This document shows positions 38,301 through 52,100 of a stretch of 64,000 bases of DNA, one piece after another. The notes below the pieces were generated by a model. It saw only the letters and a list, made by a program, of their open reading frames with translations, was not told the origin of the DNA and searched no databases. Both the position numbers and the translations under genes were made by a program. Numbering within the stretch: position 1 is the first letter of the stretch; each line of letters opens with the position of its first letter. The DNA is from Phoronis australis (taxonomy: Eukaryota > Animalia > Phoronida): contig NMRA01000348.1 in NCBI GenBank assembly GCA_002633005.1, positions 173,065 to 237,064 on the forward strand. Reading direction: 5' to 3'.

Positions 38301-40090
38301 TGGTATCCACTTCACTCTACAACTCGTGGCCTGAAAATGGTATTTCTTTTGTTGTGTTAGACTTATCAAGGCTTGGAAATAAGTCGGGATTACCGATTCC
38401 TGGCCCAAGTTAAAGAATTGCATTGCCTCGAGGGAACATTTGATGCTTCAATGACCCGGAGTGCGCTATTTTAAAAATTCATAGCCTCGGAGCCAAACTT
38501 CATCTGCGCATTATCGCCAAATCATCGGGAGAGGGTCTACCCGCAAGGGCACGAACAAGATAAACAAATAACAATCGCCGTGCGATTTTCATTTTAGGGT
38601 CTGCAGGGGCATTTCTTTCTGAAATGGTGGTTGGGTCCCTCCCTTTTGGTGGCATGTACCTAAATCGGCCAATACTCATCCAGAAGACTTAACCGCTTCT
38701 TTTGTTGCCAGCATCTCGCAACAGGAACAGTTGTATACATGTATGTGTGTGGTGATGTAATTGTAAGTTGTATTCTGTGGGGAATATATGTGTTTTTGTC
38801 AACTATCTGTGTTACACGTGTGAAACGCTTGAGATTGACGCTTGCATTAGTTGAAACCCCACAAGAACCTCATGCGAGTAGACAGCCTCCAGGAATGCAA
38901 GATCGGACTGGGCTCTGGGTATTTATACTGTGGATACTGTACTTTGTATGCTGTTATTACTATAGAACAGCAAGTTGAATCTAGTTTCAGCATTTAATAT
39001 GCCTCTTAATAAGCAATCGTTTCGTAGGGAATTAAAAATCCGTAACATTGCCTATATAATTTTTGTCGTGGGAACCATGATAACCGCCTTGTGTAGCCCT
39101 AACAAAAATGAACTTTATATTTTAATCTCGAAAACTTAAGTTTTTAGCCAAAACCTAAGCATTTTTGAACAAATTTTAGGAACAATCTTAAGTTATCAAA
39201 ACTAAAATTTCCAAGGAACTAACTTTTGAAAACTCACGTTATCCAAGAGCAGTAAGTTTCAATAAGACAGGCATTCAGGAAATTCGATTTTCACTAAATT
39301 AAAAATGGAGTATAGTAACAAGTTTAATGTTTTCCATAGATCATTTAACAAACTTCTATTTACATTTCATTAACAGTGATTAATTGCAGAAAATAAAATG
39401 CACTTCTTCAAAATACATTGATTCCGTTGAATAACTACGCATGTGTGAAAAACCAGAAACATTTCAAAAATCAGTTCTTCATAAATGCAATGGAGTGAAA
39501 CTAAATCAGGCTTATGATATATTCATACATGCATCGTTCTCAGTCTATGACGATATGTGAGAATTGAGGAATAAAAATGGGATGTACATACAGAGAATTC
39601 ACTACCAAATCTTGAAACACAACCAAGAAAAAAGTGATTCATGGCCTGGAAGGATTCAACAAAAGCATATGCTTTATGAGGAGATACTTTTTCTACTAAA
39701 ATTACAGCTATGACACCAGGAATAACAAATCACTTAAAAGGCAAATCCAGGAATATCCTCAGAAACAAAAGCATGAATTAAAACGTAACAGATAACTGAA
39801 AGTTTATCAGCAATGGTTACATATGACATTTTGGGAAGTACAATCCTTATACTAGAAATACTGCCTACAATTAACTATCATAATTTTCAACCGTTCAAAT
39901 ATCAATTTAAAATTCAAAGTTTCATTTTTTGACAATCCTATTAATACAATACACTCCGTGGTGGGAACAAATTTCAGTTAAAGTAACCCCAAGTACAATC
40001 TGGTTATACCAGGTGGAAAATAGAAAACTTAGACATTTAATTACAAAGTTATTCACTTGGAATTTCCTTTAATTTAAATCTACCGTACCT

Positions 40091-40150
<60 letters not shown>

Positions 40151-42959
40151 TTGTATATGATACACCACAAGCCACTTAATCTTCTTTAGATGCCTCTGCT
40201 CGCTTAGCTTCATATACAAATAATCTGAATTCATGAGTTACAGTTCCTAAAAGCGTACGTTTTGTTGTATGGATAGCTGTACTTATCCAACGATTGTTCA
40301 AGCCACACTCTGCAATAAAGTCACCAAAATTCAACAAGAAACGAGTAAAAGCTACAAGTTAACTTTCTGGATATTTACTGTGCTGTTTATATAACATTGA
40401 ATTGTAAAACTCGCATGCACTTACTGACGTATATACAGAGCCTAGAAAATAGTCTTCAAACTCAAAACCTAACCAATGACTTTCCAGGATTCACGTTCAA
40501 GTGTGCAAGTATAATCCAAGCATGCACTGCACTTTGTCACTTCCCAGTTGTTTTGAATGGAGTTTTAAGCCTGGAATCACTATTAAGACATCCAAAACAA
40601 CTTTAATCGACACAACGTGAATACAAAATATGCACATGGTAACCTACCATGCAATGCCAATCAAGAGCAAACCATGTATATAACAAAACTTAATGCGCTA
40701 ATAAAAGTTGGACTTCAGGCTCACCAGGTAACATATCGTGTAATTTGTAACTGTATTCAAAGTTCTATGACAATCTAAACCTAAGGAATATAATGATCAG
40801 ATGATGGAACTGATAGCAGCTTTGATAAACTACAAGTCCCAATATTTTTATGAATTTTTATTTATTTACGTGGTTAGTCTGATATAAGAGCAATGCACAA
40901 CTTTACATAATGAGCAGCAATAGTCGGATTTCTAACAAGCAGTGTCGAGCATAGCCCTGAAATGTCCCTTACTAATGTTACATGGACATTCAATAGGCAC
41001 AACCATGGTTGAATCTGATACTTTCGCGTATTTTTTAAATGTATAGCAAAACCAAGAAGTTTTACACTGACTTGAACCAATTGCTACAAGAATGCGTGAG
41101 CTTGTAAAAGCTTAAAAACGCATTGGCTAAACCCAGGACATGTTTCATGTTGTTTCAAATTAAAACCCTAATGGCACCACTATTTTTCATTAAACAATGA
41201 AACATATGAAGCTCCATCTGCCATTTGGATGTAGACAGCCCAACACCACCACTGTGGTGATTATTTCGATGCATGTGTTTGGATCTCTGCCAAGTTCAGA
41301 GACCTGAAAACAACGAGGAGATATTAGCAAACATAGCAGTATAAATATAGCTTCATAAGAATCCAGACATAACCCATTTACAGAGAATGTTTTACATGTA
41401 AAGATCAGGGGCGGATACAGGATTTGAGCTGGGGGCAGGGCAGGGTATTAGCAAGGATTTTGTCAGTCAGACATTCATACCCCCAATTGCCAAATGGAAT
41501 CTGGAAAAAAATCAGGGAGGGGGGCATGGCCCCCTGGGCCTTCCTCTAAATGCGCCACTGAAGATGCTAGCATGATCTTCATGAGGGGTCTTACGTAACC
41601 ACAACAATCATGATTGACCGAAATTTTAAAAAGTCGGCCACTAAAGTCTCCTAAGTGAGTCGAACAAGAAAAAACGCGACATATTGCACCATATCCAGCT
41701 CAGCCAAAGTTTGTGTCAACATCTCAAATCCCTATTAAAATTTACAAGCGCTGCAAGCACAAGTGGCGTTAACAATTTTGCTGTAAAACTGTAATTAGTA
41801 GGTGCGAATGTGGGAAGGGTGTCTTAATGGTGAGCATCACCGTGGGCAAATATCAAACTCACAGAGGACGCTTTTGTATTTCGGGATGTGCTTACTCGAG
41901 ATGTACAGTGTACGGCGGCAGGGCGATTATAGGAAAGGCTCTACTACTTGCTCACGGACAATCCATGGCAACTTTGGCATGTTTTCTAAATATATTGATA
42001 AGCATTTCATCTCTATGTGTTTGTTTGTGCAAAGAACTCTAGAGCAATCTATAGTATTGATATTGACGAATCGATCAATCATTTTTGTATCACGATTCTA
42101 CTAACAGAGACTCATTTTCACTTTCCACGCAACTTCATATTAATAATTCATAAATACTCGGCGGATAATAGTGTGCAAGAAAAAACATTTCAGATTAAAT
42201 GGCTGTCGGTTGTTTGAACCAATAATGATTGTAAACAGTGAGTAAGTAACATTAAAATCCAAAACGTGAAGTAACAAAACACGTAATCTTGTCACGAAAA
42301 GAAATCCGATTCGGGAAAGGTTGCGACCAGTGGCCAATGTGTCCATTCACATGCCATATGGACGAATTTCGTCGTCCTCGTTCTAGTAAACAGCGTTACA
42401 TTGGACACACGGTACATGTTACCTCTCCCGAGCGTTGTCCATGCATTTGCAGGGCGGGTCCATTCAAACTCTTTTTTATACCAACATGGCCGAAACAATA
42501 CCTACACAAGAAACTGTAGACAATAGCATTTCAGTTCAGGTGTCAGAGTCTCCATTTATCAGCCACGACAACCTGTACTGCTTGAGCAGCTCACAAGTGT
42601 GTACTGCACACTGGTTCTGTTTCGTTAGGCTTGTGGGCTCCCTACCTTTTGATACTTTCACATTCCCTGCTTGTATGCGGTCTTGAAATATGGCATCTAT
42701 TTTAACCTGTTTGTCCGTCTCTTCGTATTTTGCCTCATAATTACATGCCTGAAGATAGGAGATCGTACATGTATACTAAGAAGTGTGAGCGAGTTTGTAT
42801 GAAGCTGTCTAGCAAAAACTACAATTGTGCCTACAAGCAAATTTGTGTCAATGAAGGACTGCTACCAAACTATACTGATATACATGAATACATACATTCT
42901 ATACCAACATACATACAAACATACACTGTACAAACATACATATATATATATATATATAT

Positions 42960-42998
<39 letters not shown>

Positions 42999-43080
42999 CA
43001 TCTGTATGAAGGATGTATCCATTTTTGTTTTTTCATTTTACTTCACTAATTGTTATATATATTATGTTAATAAATGTATA

Positions 43081-43145
<65 letters not shown>

Positions 43146-46100
43146 CCCTCTTTCTGTTTCGATTGTTAAAGCGGTTATTGGTGAAATTTTCCAATATCTT
43201 TGTCTTAACTGTATTTTTGTTTTGTTACTCATTCTATCAATTGTTACAGCGATTGTATGTATGCTTTAGGTGTTTTTATGTTTTGCAACAAATCCATAGT
43301 GTAGCATAAGTCGTCATCGATTTGCGGCTTCCCTTCTGGTCGCTGTTTGCCCCTCTCTCCCCAAGGCAACACCAATACTTATTCCACTATTGTCGAAAAT
43401 CTTGATATCTGTGAATTAATTGAAAGATGACGTCTGAGTGAGAGATAACCAAGTAGCAGCAAGGCGACTGTTCACTTGAAACCGGATATCAATGTCCCTT
43501 ATGATACTAGGAGGCAGTTTTACACTTGTTTAGAGGGCAACTCACATACTGAAAATGGACTTTTTGTAAAGTGAAAAATGTTTCCCTTTGCCAAACGCTG
43601 TGAAGCACTATTGACAACACCCTTGCGTTCATTAAGGAAAGCGCTTTGTTTTTTCAATTTTGCTGGTGAAAGACGCACTTGCCGAAAGCGCTTTCATTTC
43701 AAGTGCCATCGACAAAAATCACGATGATAGAGAAGTACTGTCTCAATTTTGTATATATAAATTTATAAAAAATTTCGAAATGTTATTCTTATATGATTAA
43801 GATATTGCCCTGCTTTCCTGTCTCGTTACAGTCCTTCTGAATTACGAGTCACTCCGATATAACTCAGTAAATTTCCTTTCATCCGATTCTGAGTACATTT
43901 CGCCACAAGTTGCGCGCGGTCAGTGATTGTACTCATTTTTGATAGCCTTAGTAATTTTAGCTTCCTGAGTTTGAAGAAACTTCCAAGAGTTTCTGACATT
44001 CCTCTGAGGGAGCGTATGATTCTTTATTTTTGTGTACCCGTTTCCGGATGGTACCTGTATTAAGAGAACGATTGACGGAATTCGATAAAACTTGACACAG
44101 AGTTACATGTACATGTATACGATGTCAATGCGCCGAAAGGATTTGACCACTGCACCACCTCCTAGTGGCCATTTTTTGAAAAACATTTCTAAATGATATC
44201 TTTTGAACAGATTGAGTGATTTTATGAAACATACAGGTGTGTAAAGTCAAAGCACCGTCACCATTAAGTTTTGGCGGGATTCGACGACTGCAACACGTTC
44301 CAGCAGCCATTATGTTTTCTAGAGGTTTTCAATTGTTGTTTGGTGGAAGAGCAAGATCCAAATAACATCTTAACATACTATTGCCGAATGTCAAGGAAAC
44401 TTGGCACAGTTATGCTATGTCAATGCAACGGATCCTTTTGTTTGGGGTGGATTTTCCCACTCAAGCTTCGTAAGAAGTTATTTTTCAACTGTTGTTTAGG
44501 GGAAGAGTGTTTCTGGATGATATCTAGAGAGCCGATTGACGGAATTTGACGAAGCTTTACATACAAGCAGTGGTACATGGTGAACTTGTGCCAAGACCAT
44601 TTTGTTCTCGACAAGAGGCTTTTCAAAATTGCCAGTGTTGTTTGTGGGAAGAGCATTTCCAAAATATATACTTTTTGCCGGATTTCAATGAAAATTGGCT
44701 CAGAGGTACATGATGTCAATGCGCTGGCGGCATTTGTTTTTCAGACTGGTGCGACTACTGCAATGCCTTCTAGTGACCACTAAAACATGTCGTATGCGAC
44801 GCACTGTGAGTGCATGTCAGCACACCAGCGTTTCACGTGTTAATTATAATTTGTCATTCGCCATGATGAATTTTCGAAACATGCTCGTAGGAAGCCAGTA
44901 GATCAATAGTGACAAGTAACAATCTCTCGCCCAAAGCGCTTCGCTTTATGAACAAAAAACCCGATAGCAACAGTCGTCTCCTAAAAGTATCTTATTGTCA
45001 CTGGAAACCAAGGGCCTGTTCCAAAAATGACTTACGTTATTTTTTACTTAAATCTAAAATTTGTCTCAACTGCCAAACAATGAAACTTTCACATTTAAGA
45101 CAAAATTTACATATAAGTCAAAAATTTAAGTCAAGATTTTGCTACAAGTCCAAAACATTTTTGTGTATTCTCGCTGTGTCCAGTATTTGATGTCCAGTTG
45201 TCTCACTAAGTTCTTTTTGGCGTTGCAACTCATTTTTTGCAGCCAGGTATGGCACTTTGGAATTGATGATAGACGCATTATATAACAACAACGAAGATTA
45301 ACGTGTTACAGTTGCGCCGTGTAATGTGGCCACTGTGGAGGACAGCACCAATAATGCTGGAGGATCGCAAGTGAACAACGGAGAGCAAGTCACTTACACA
45401 TGTAATGCTGGCTATGTCTTTGAAGACCACCAGACGCAGAAGGTGCTCACGTGTAATCAGGGATTGTGGAGTGAGCCCGCAGGAACTTGTTCCACTGCAC
45501 CGGATACCGAAAAACACTTCTTGTCAGTGCCTGGTAAGTCAAGTCGACGGACTCCTGTACACCTTGCAACTGCTTACTGTCGTGTACAGTGTAGGCCTAT
45601 GTTGGAAACATTTGTCTAAACCGGCTTGCCGCTATAATATGGTCCCAGCTTGGTCATTACTCAAACAAGAATTGATTTCTGGGCTTACAAAGAATTGATA
45701 ATTCGTAATTCCTTTGCACCACTTACCACGATCAAGTCGGTCTCATCGTTTTACTAAATCAATATATTTCTTCAAACAAAGCTCAAAAATTGTGCGCCAA
45801 TGATGTTCAATTATTACAGAAAGTTTGTAAGATGAGTTAAAGCATGCCATGGGAATGGTCAATTTTCGTAACGAATCTCGAGTACAGAGTTTAAACCCTC
45901 AGGCCAAAGCGATAACGAAGTGCCCTCCAATTTAAATACATGGAAAAAGCATTTTGAAAATCGGCAGTTTCATAACAGTTATTGGTTTAAATCGATGCAT
46001 CCATGCTAAAGTAGGACTAAAATAGACTTGTCTAAGCATTCACGGGTGATATTTAGGTGATGTCAACAGGAATTACACATTGAATACGGCGGAAAATAAA

Positions 46101-49100
46101 GTTTTGCTAGGATCACTGTGTGCAGTGAGTGAATTCAATTTCTCACTTTGTCAAATGCTATTTGCAGGTAGCATGAAAGTTATGACCAGAAAGTCTAAAA
46201 AGAAGGTTGCTATAACATCTGGGTCCGCCCAGACGGTTGCTTCAACTACAATGCGGTCGTGTTCCGACTCTTGCAAGGACGCGATGTCGTGTGCTGCTGC
46301 CCAGTGGGACATCAGAAGTAGTCAGTGCAAACACTTAGATACTTCCGTGGTGTACACGATAGGGAGCGACACCTGTTGTTTAGTTTTTGTGAAGAAGTCT
46401 TACAATATTTCAGGTATAAAATAGTATGTGTGTATGAAGTTGACCAGGGAATCACTTTAGAGTTTCATGAAAGAGTGTTGATATTCTAAAAATTACTAAT
46501 TGACAGCTTAACAAAAGCGTGATACATGCAGATGTGGACTATCCCGTATTGTGCCATCTATTTTATACACCTTCCTTTCAATTCCACCTCACGTCAAACT
46601 TGTAACCTGTGACTGCCATCCTAAAACTGCATGTAATTGCCCCACTATCTGTCTCCGTGACTGTTTCTAAAAATGCTGTAACAACGGACAGTTTATTCTT
46701 GTCTGCAGACAACCAAGTTATATAGATACATGTTTATAATCATTACATCGTTTTTTAAGCCACGAGGATTTGCAACTAGAACACCACTCATCGTGACATA
46801 TTTATTACACATGCTCCGGTCGTAGGCCTGCTTTTTTATTTGGCGTACCGAAACCTGAAAAGTATGCCAGATTGCGAATACTCTCCGTTGTTTTTAAAAT
46901 CGGTAAAATGCCTAGTGAGCTGGTCTCGGTAAAACTATCTACTTTTAACGGGGTTTTCAATTTTTTCAGACAGAAGCTGCGACTCGAAAAAGCTTAATGT
47001 ACAGTTCTTTTATAAAAAGAAGTTACAAGGCTACGGCCTGACAACCACAACGGTTGACCACCAGATGGCGTGCCTGGCCCACTGTATTGCCACATCCAGC
47101 TGCCTCTCGGCAGATTTCCACGAAGGAAGCCAAACGTGCACACCCAGGAACAAACATTGGATGAGCAGTGTTGACCAGTTCACCTACGCTGACGGAGGCA
47201 GCTATAGAGAGATCCACATGGAATTCCAATGCACCGACGGTAAGTATTCTGATTTTTTACTGCATTTTGCTTATGTGAATTCCACACCAATTTTGGAACG
47301 AGGCAACTCTTTGCTCTTTCTGTTTTAAGCAGAATAGAAAAGACAATGATAGAAAAGAAATGATTAGTCGCTGAGACTGATCACCAAGGAAGCTAGATAT
47401 TTTATGTGACTGAAGTAACATGGCTAGTTCCGTGGTCGCACGCTAGATGTCGCTGATAACGTCTACTACCCTAAAATTTAAAACAAAGCTCCTATTTTTG
47501 TACTCGTTTTGATTTCGCCACAATAACTTTTGATTTAGGCCTCTTACAAAAGTAAATCTGGCCTAAGGACGTTTTATTTTGACTTGGGAAGAACTCATGG
47601 CATTACTCGAGACGCTTTGCTAAGGTTTGTGAAACAAGAGCAATTCTATTAGAAAAAGTGGTTGACATGCAAGGTAAATAAGTACTTAGCGTTATAGGCA
47701 GGATGTGGGTTTCTATCATATTAAGTTTCACAATCATTTATATGACGATTTTTGTTTGAACACTGTCTAGACTTATCATGATTCTGTCTTTGCAAACAGA
47801 TGACGCCTGTCCGCCACACATGTACAAGGCAACGAATGGAAATTGCTACATTTTCACAGCGAACTCTCCTCTCAGCTTGCCCTATTCTAATGCTAAAACG
47901 TTCTGTGAACGAAGAGACGCGCACTTGGCGTTCATTAAAAGCGCCTCTGTGCAGAGTGCGGTAGTGGCAGTCATGAATGAGTAAGTTTTTGAGACTGAGT
48001 ATTGGGGCTCGTAAGTTCTACGAATTATGTCTCGTAAGTTCATAACATTTCCTATATTTGTTACTGTTACCCATAAAAAATTGAAATGATGGAGACGGCC
48101 CAGTAAAAGGCCCACACCGTGACTCTCCTTTCAATACTGTATCTTTTAAACAGTACACACCATGGATTTTTGCACATTTTGAATTACCGGTGGCGACAGA
48201 CTAAATGTATGACGTAAAATTTAGCTAAACCCATGTTTATTTTGTGTAGTTAACTCGAAATTTTGATTTTTCTTTCAATTTTGCCAATTTTCACATTTCC
48301 CGCCATGTGACCTCATGGGTTGAACACAAGAGATCAATGACTAGCATTGAACAATGGCGGAGAGAAGGGAATTTGAAAGCTACGTCGATTATGAGCAAGA
48401 ATTGAACAAATAGTATGAAAAAACGTATGGGAATGGTGGCCAGGATGAGGAAATGGGGTTGTACGAAGGCGAGAACAAGTTTAATGTGCTTCCGGATGCG
48501 TACTTTTCTTTTTTGAGCCTTGCGAACTGGATCCTCCCGCGAGAGAAGCGGCCTCAGGCTCGGCGAGTCAACCCAGTAATCCAACAGACGATCCTGAATT
48601 AAGAGCTGATGTTTCTGAATGATAAATATTGCCCTTTATTGAGCCAGGCTTTCATCGTAACGTCTCCTGTGACTGGAGTCGAAACACGAGTCCTCAAAGT
48701 GGGCAGAACACAGAGTGGCCCCGGACCGAATCGCTTGGTCCACGATGACGTCCCACACTCTAGTTCGGCGCTCCAAGCGATGCCACTTCTGCGCAATTTT
48801 GGTGTCCTTGGGAACACCGAGACGTTCTCCGCCTGGCTGCTGTTGTTGCAGCCTCCGGAAACACATCTTTTGATTCCTCTACGAGCCTTCTCGACGCTAA
48901 ATGTACTTTGCTTTATCTTCACTTTATTACTTTGTCTCTGATCCGAACAGTATGGCAAACGACTTGGGTTCAACCCATGACGTTGTACATAATTATTAGT
49001 TCTTCAAATTTTGCGTGTTTCTTTATGAGCTGTGCACTAAAGGCACTGAAATCAAGTAAGATATAACAATTAAATTTTTTGAGGTACTAGAGTCATGTTG

Positions 49101-52100
49101 TGTACGCTTTAACATGAATAACCGTATTCAAGAACCACTACGACTGAATGAAAGTGATTATGAATCAAAACGCGGGCCTTCTGCCCCGCCAATCTCGTCA
49201 CATAATTTCTACTAGTCCATGGAGAGCAAACCAGAATAGTGAGATCCCTTGTTTAGAAAGGAAAAATGTACCTTCAAGATAACCCAGTATCTGCATTTTT
49301 GTAAATGTTGCATCAAAATGTGTGCGTCTCCCTTGAAAGTTTTTACGTGATTGTAGGCCAAGAAAAAATCTTACTTCGGAGTGAAAATGGGACTTTAATG
49401 TGACGTAATTTTGCTTACGGCATTAGTTGTAGTTGACTGCAGATTTTCAAATTTACAGCATTTCGACCTTGCTCTCAATATCCAAGCAAAACGTAATCAT
49501 TGGCCTAAAGGACCGCGACGCATCGGCTGCTGGTAGAAACTGGCAGTTCGATGACGGGGAAACTGCGTCGTACCTACCTTGGCAAGGTAGCGAGCCCAAC
49601 CAGGATAACAATGAGTGCGTGGTTGCACGGTGCAAGAGCAACTGTAACTGGGATGACCATACCTGCTCACAGTCGTCATACTTCTTGTGTGAGACGAACG
49701 TTACATGTAAGTATCAAAGGTTATTGCCTTTTGATATTGAACGTCATTTCCGTAGTTTCTCATTTCCTAGTTTTATACTCTTAACAATGATAATCGCATT
49801 TTATCCCGTGAGTGTAGTCACTTCGGCGTATTAACTACTTGGTTATTTCTAATTTTCATTTTGTAATCAAAATATGTCACGATGAAGTAAACAATTTCGC
49901 ACATTTGATTCCAAATTACCAGCAACAATGTTCAGGAAAAACTAAACCTTTTAAAAATGAATTTAGTTTTCTAAGTCGTATTCACTATCGTTATGATTAT
50001 CACTACATGTGCATCACCGTAATCACCACCACCATCACCGTGACCACCACCACCATCACCGTGACCACCACCACCATCACCGTTACCACCACCACCATCA
50101 CCGTAATCATCGTCGTCCTTGTCAAAGTCATCGTACCCATTCCTATTAGCCTATTATCAATCATGATCGTCATGGTCATGTTCATGGTCATGTTCATGGT
50201 CATTATCATCATCATCATCATCATCATAATCATGATCACTACCGTACCTTCATCATCATCATCGTCGTCGTCGTCGGTTTGTTTGTCGTCATCATGTTCA
50301 GTTCCAGAGTAACACAATGAAGATATTAACATTGTCCGTTCTTTTTTTTCCTTCTTTCTCTTCTGCCTCTGTATCATTCTCGTTCAAAATTCAACATTTT
50401 TCCAAAGTTTTCCATCTCCTCCGTGGCGTGTGTGTGTGCCTGCTTGTCCAGATTTCGTTGCACTGAAGTTCTCATTGCTTGCTAAAACAGACGATGGATT
50501 TTAACGCTTTACGGCGTCGATCGTTTATTTGTAGCCAAAACAGTTGTGACTCCCGGCGGTTGGTCGGAAGACTTTGGTCCATGGGACAAACAGTGTACCC
50601 CCTGTGGAAATCGAACTCGTTCAAAGCTGTGCAACAATCCAGCGCCAAGTCCCGGACAATCTTGCAGCGGATCAGCCGAGACAGAAGTTCAACATTGCCT
50701 ATGCCCTTCCTTGGAAAGAGTGCAGTACATTCCAGATTCAGGTGCTGATAGGTTGGATTTAATATTGCAAGTTGTTCAGAGACTTTTGTCGTTTGGCATG
50801 AATACCTGCTAGCTTACTGTTTGTGGCACTGTAAACTGATGAAAGTCACCTGTTCGACTGTAAATCTACAAGTTATTCGTATTCAATTACTATTCCAGCG
50901 TGATATAAAAACGACACTGATACATGTAACTGGTGAAACAAAACATTATTAGACGTTGTTAACCATCATTGCTATGGTTGCTAATCGCATCCTATCAGTC
51001 GCCGAGTGAGAGCTATTTCAATGAGAGACATTTCTTGTTTTCAGGATTGTGTGATTTTGCAAATGGCCTGCAACTGCAACTTGTGTCTTCTGACAACCGA
51101 CACCTAACTGGCTACGAAATGTACACTATAAACAACATATCTTGTGAAGCCGACTGCGCTGTTGCATGCTATAACGATACATTGTGCAAATCGGCAGATT
51201 ACCAAACGGCCACGCGAACGTGCACTTTTAACAATGTCACGTGGTTGGACGAAACTGTACGTTCTAGTGTGGTGTTCAAAAACGACAGCTTCACACACTT
51301 AGAATTTCAGTGCATCGTAGGTAAGTGTGCCAACCAACAGGTCTCATTTTTTCTGCGCTTTTTGCAATGAACAGGTCGGATCCAAATTTTTTGTTTAGGA
51401 CAATCAGCGTTGTTTGCCTATATGTCAAGTGTTTCTTTGAGAATGCCTTTATCTCCAACATAGAGACTTTTAACATATTTAATGTGACCATTTAATCAAC
51501 GAACGTTTGGGGGGATTTTACGGAGCCAAGATTGTTTGGCCCCTAATCAGGTGTCATTTGCGTGCAAATCGGAAATATTAGTTTCCTTTTTGAACAATTT
51601 CGAAAATGTGCAGTTACATTTGTGAAATCTATCTTAGTATTTAGACATGTGACTGCTAAAATCGATACTTCGCTTACTAGGCGATGGCTGTCCACCGGGA
51701 TGGGTGTTCGCCAACGCGGGCTGCTACGCAGTTACGTCAAAATACGATAAACATGAAAAGGCCAAAGAGTTTTGTGACATGCGCAACAGCCACCTTGCGT
51801 TCATCAATGACGACACTGAACAACAGAATATTCAGGATTTGATTAATCGGTAGGTGGAAGCGTTTACCTTAAATGTTCGGCTATGTCGTTCCCACTGTCT
51901 GAAAGGACGGGTTTATACCCAGATGTTAGCATCGATTAAAACTGAAGTGCAAACACGGAACGTCATAAACCTATAGCTTGTTGATGAAAGGTGGGTGGTT
52001 TCTTTATTCTGCCAGGTGTCATTGAATTCGTATACGTATTAAATAGAACAGATACAATGTACGAAGAAAAGTAAACAATAAGAACGTACTTCTACAGTGT

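Noticed and set aside
42880-43269. 3' part of the 179-aa ORF with IY and SL repeats
   Set aside because: Read-through of (TA)n and (CT)n microsatellites.
49702-49709. TACATGTA overlapping the CTLD1 splice donor as a footprint that created the donor
   Set aside because: There is no paralogous copy in the window to show an empty site, and ACA T|gtaagt is an ordinary donor.
49839-50377. 157-aa and 124-aa ORFs with Thr-rich and hydrophobic runs (mucin/TM-like)
   Set aside because: These are translations of an intronic trinucleotide microsatellite with no fitting splice sites.
50836-50870. CTGATGA followed by an AGTC/GACT stem, hammerhead-like
   Set aside because: Followed by GTAAATC instead of GAAAC, and stem III cannot form.
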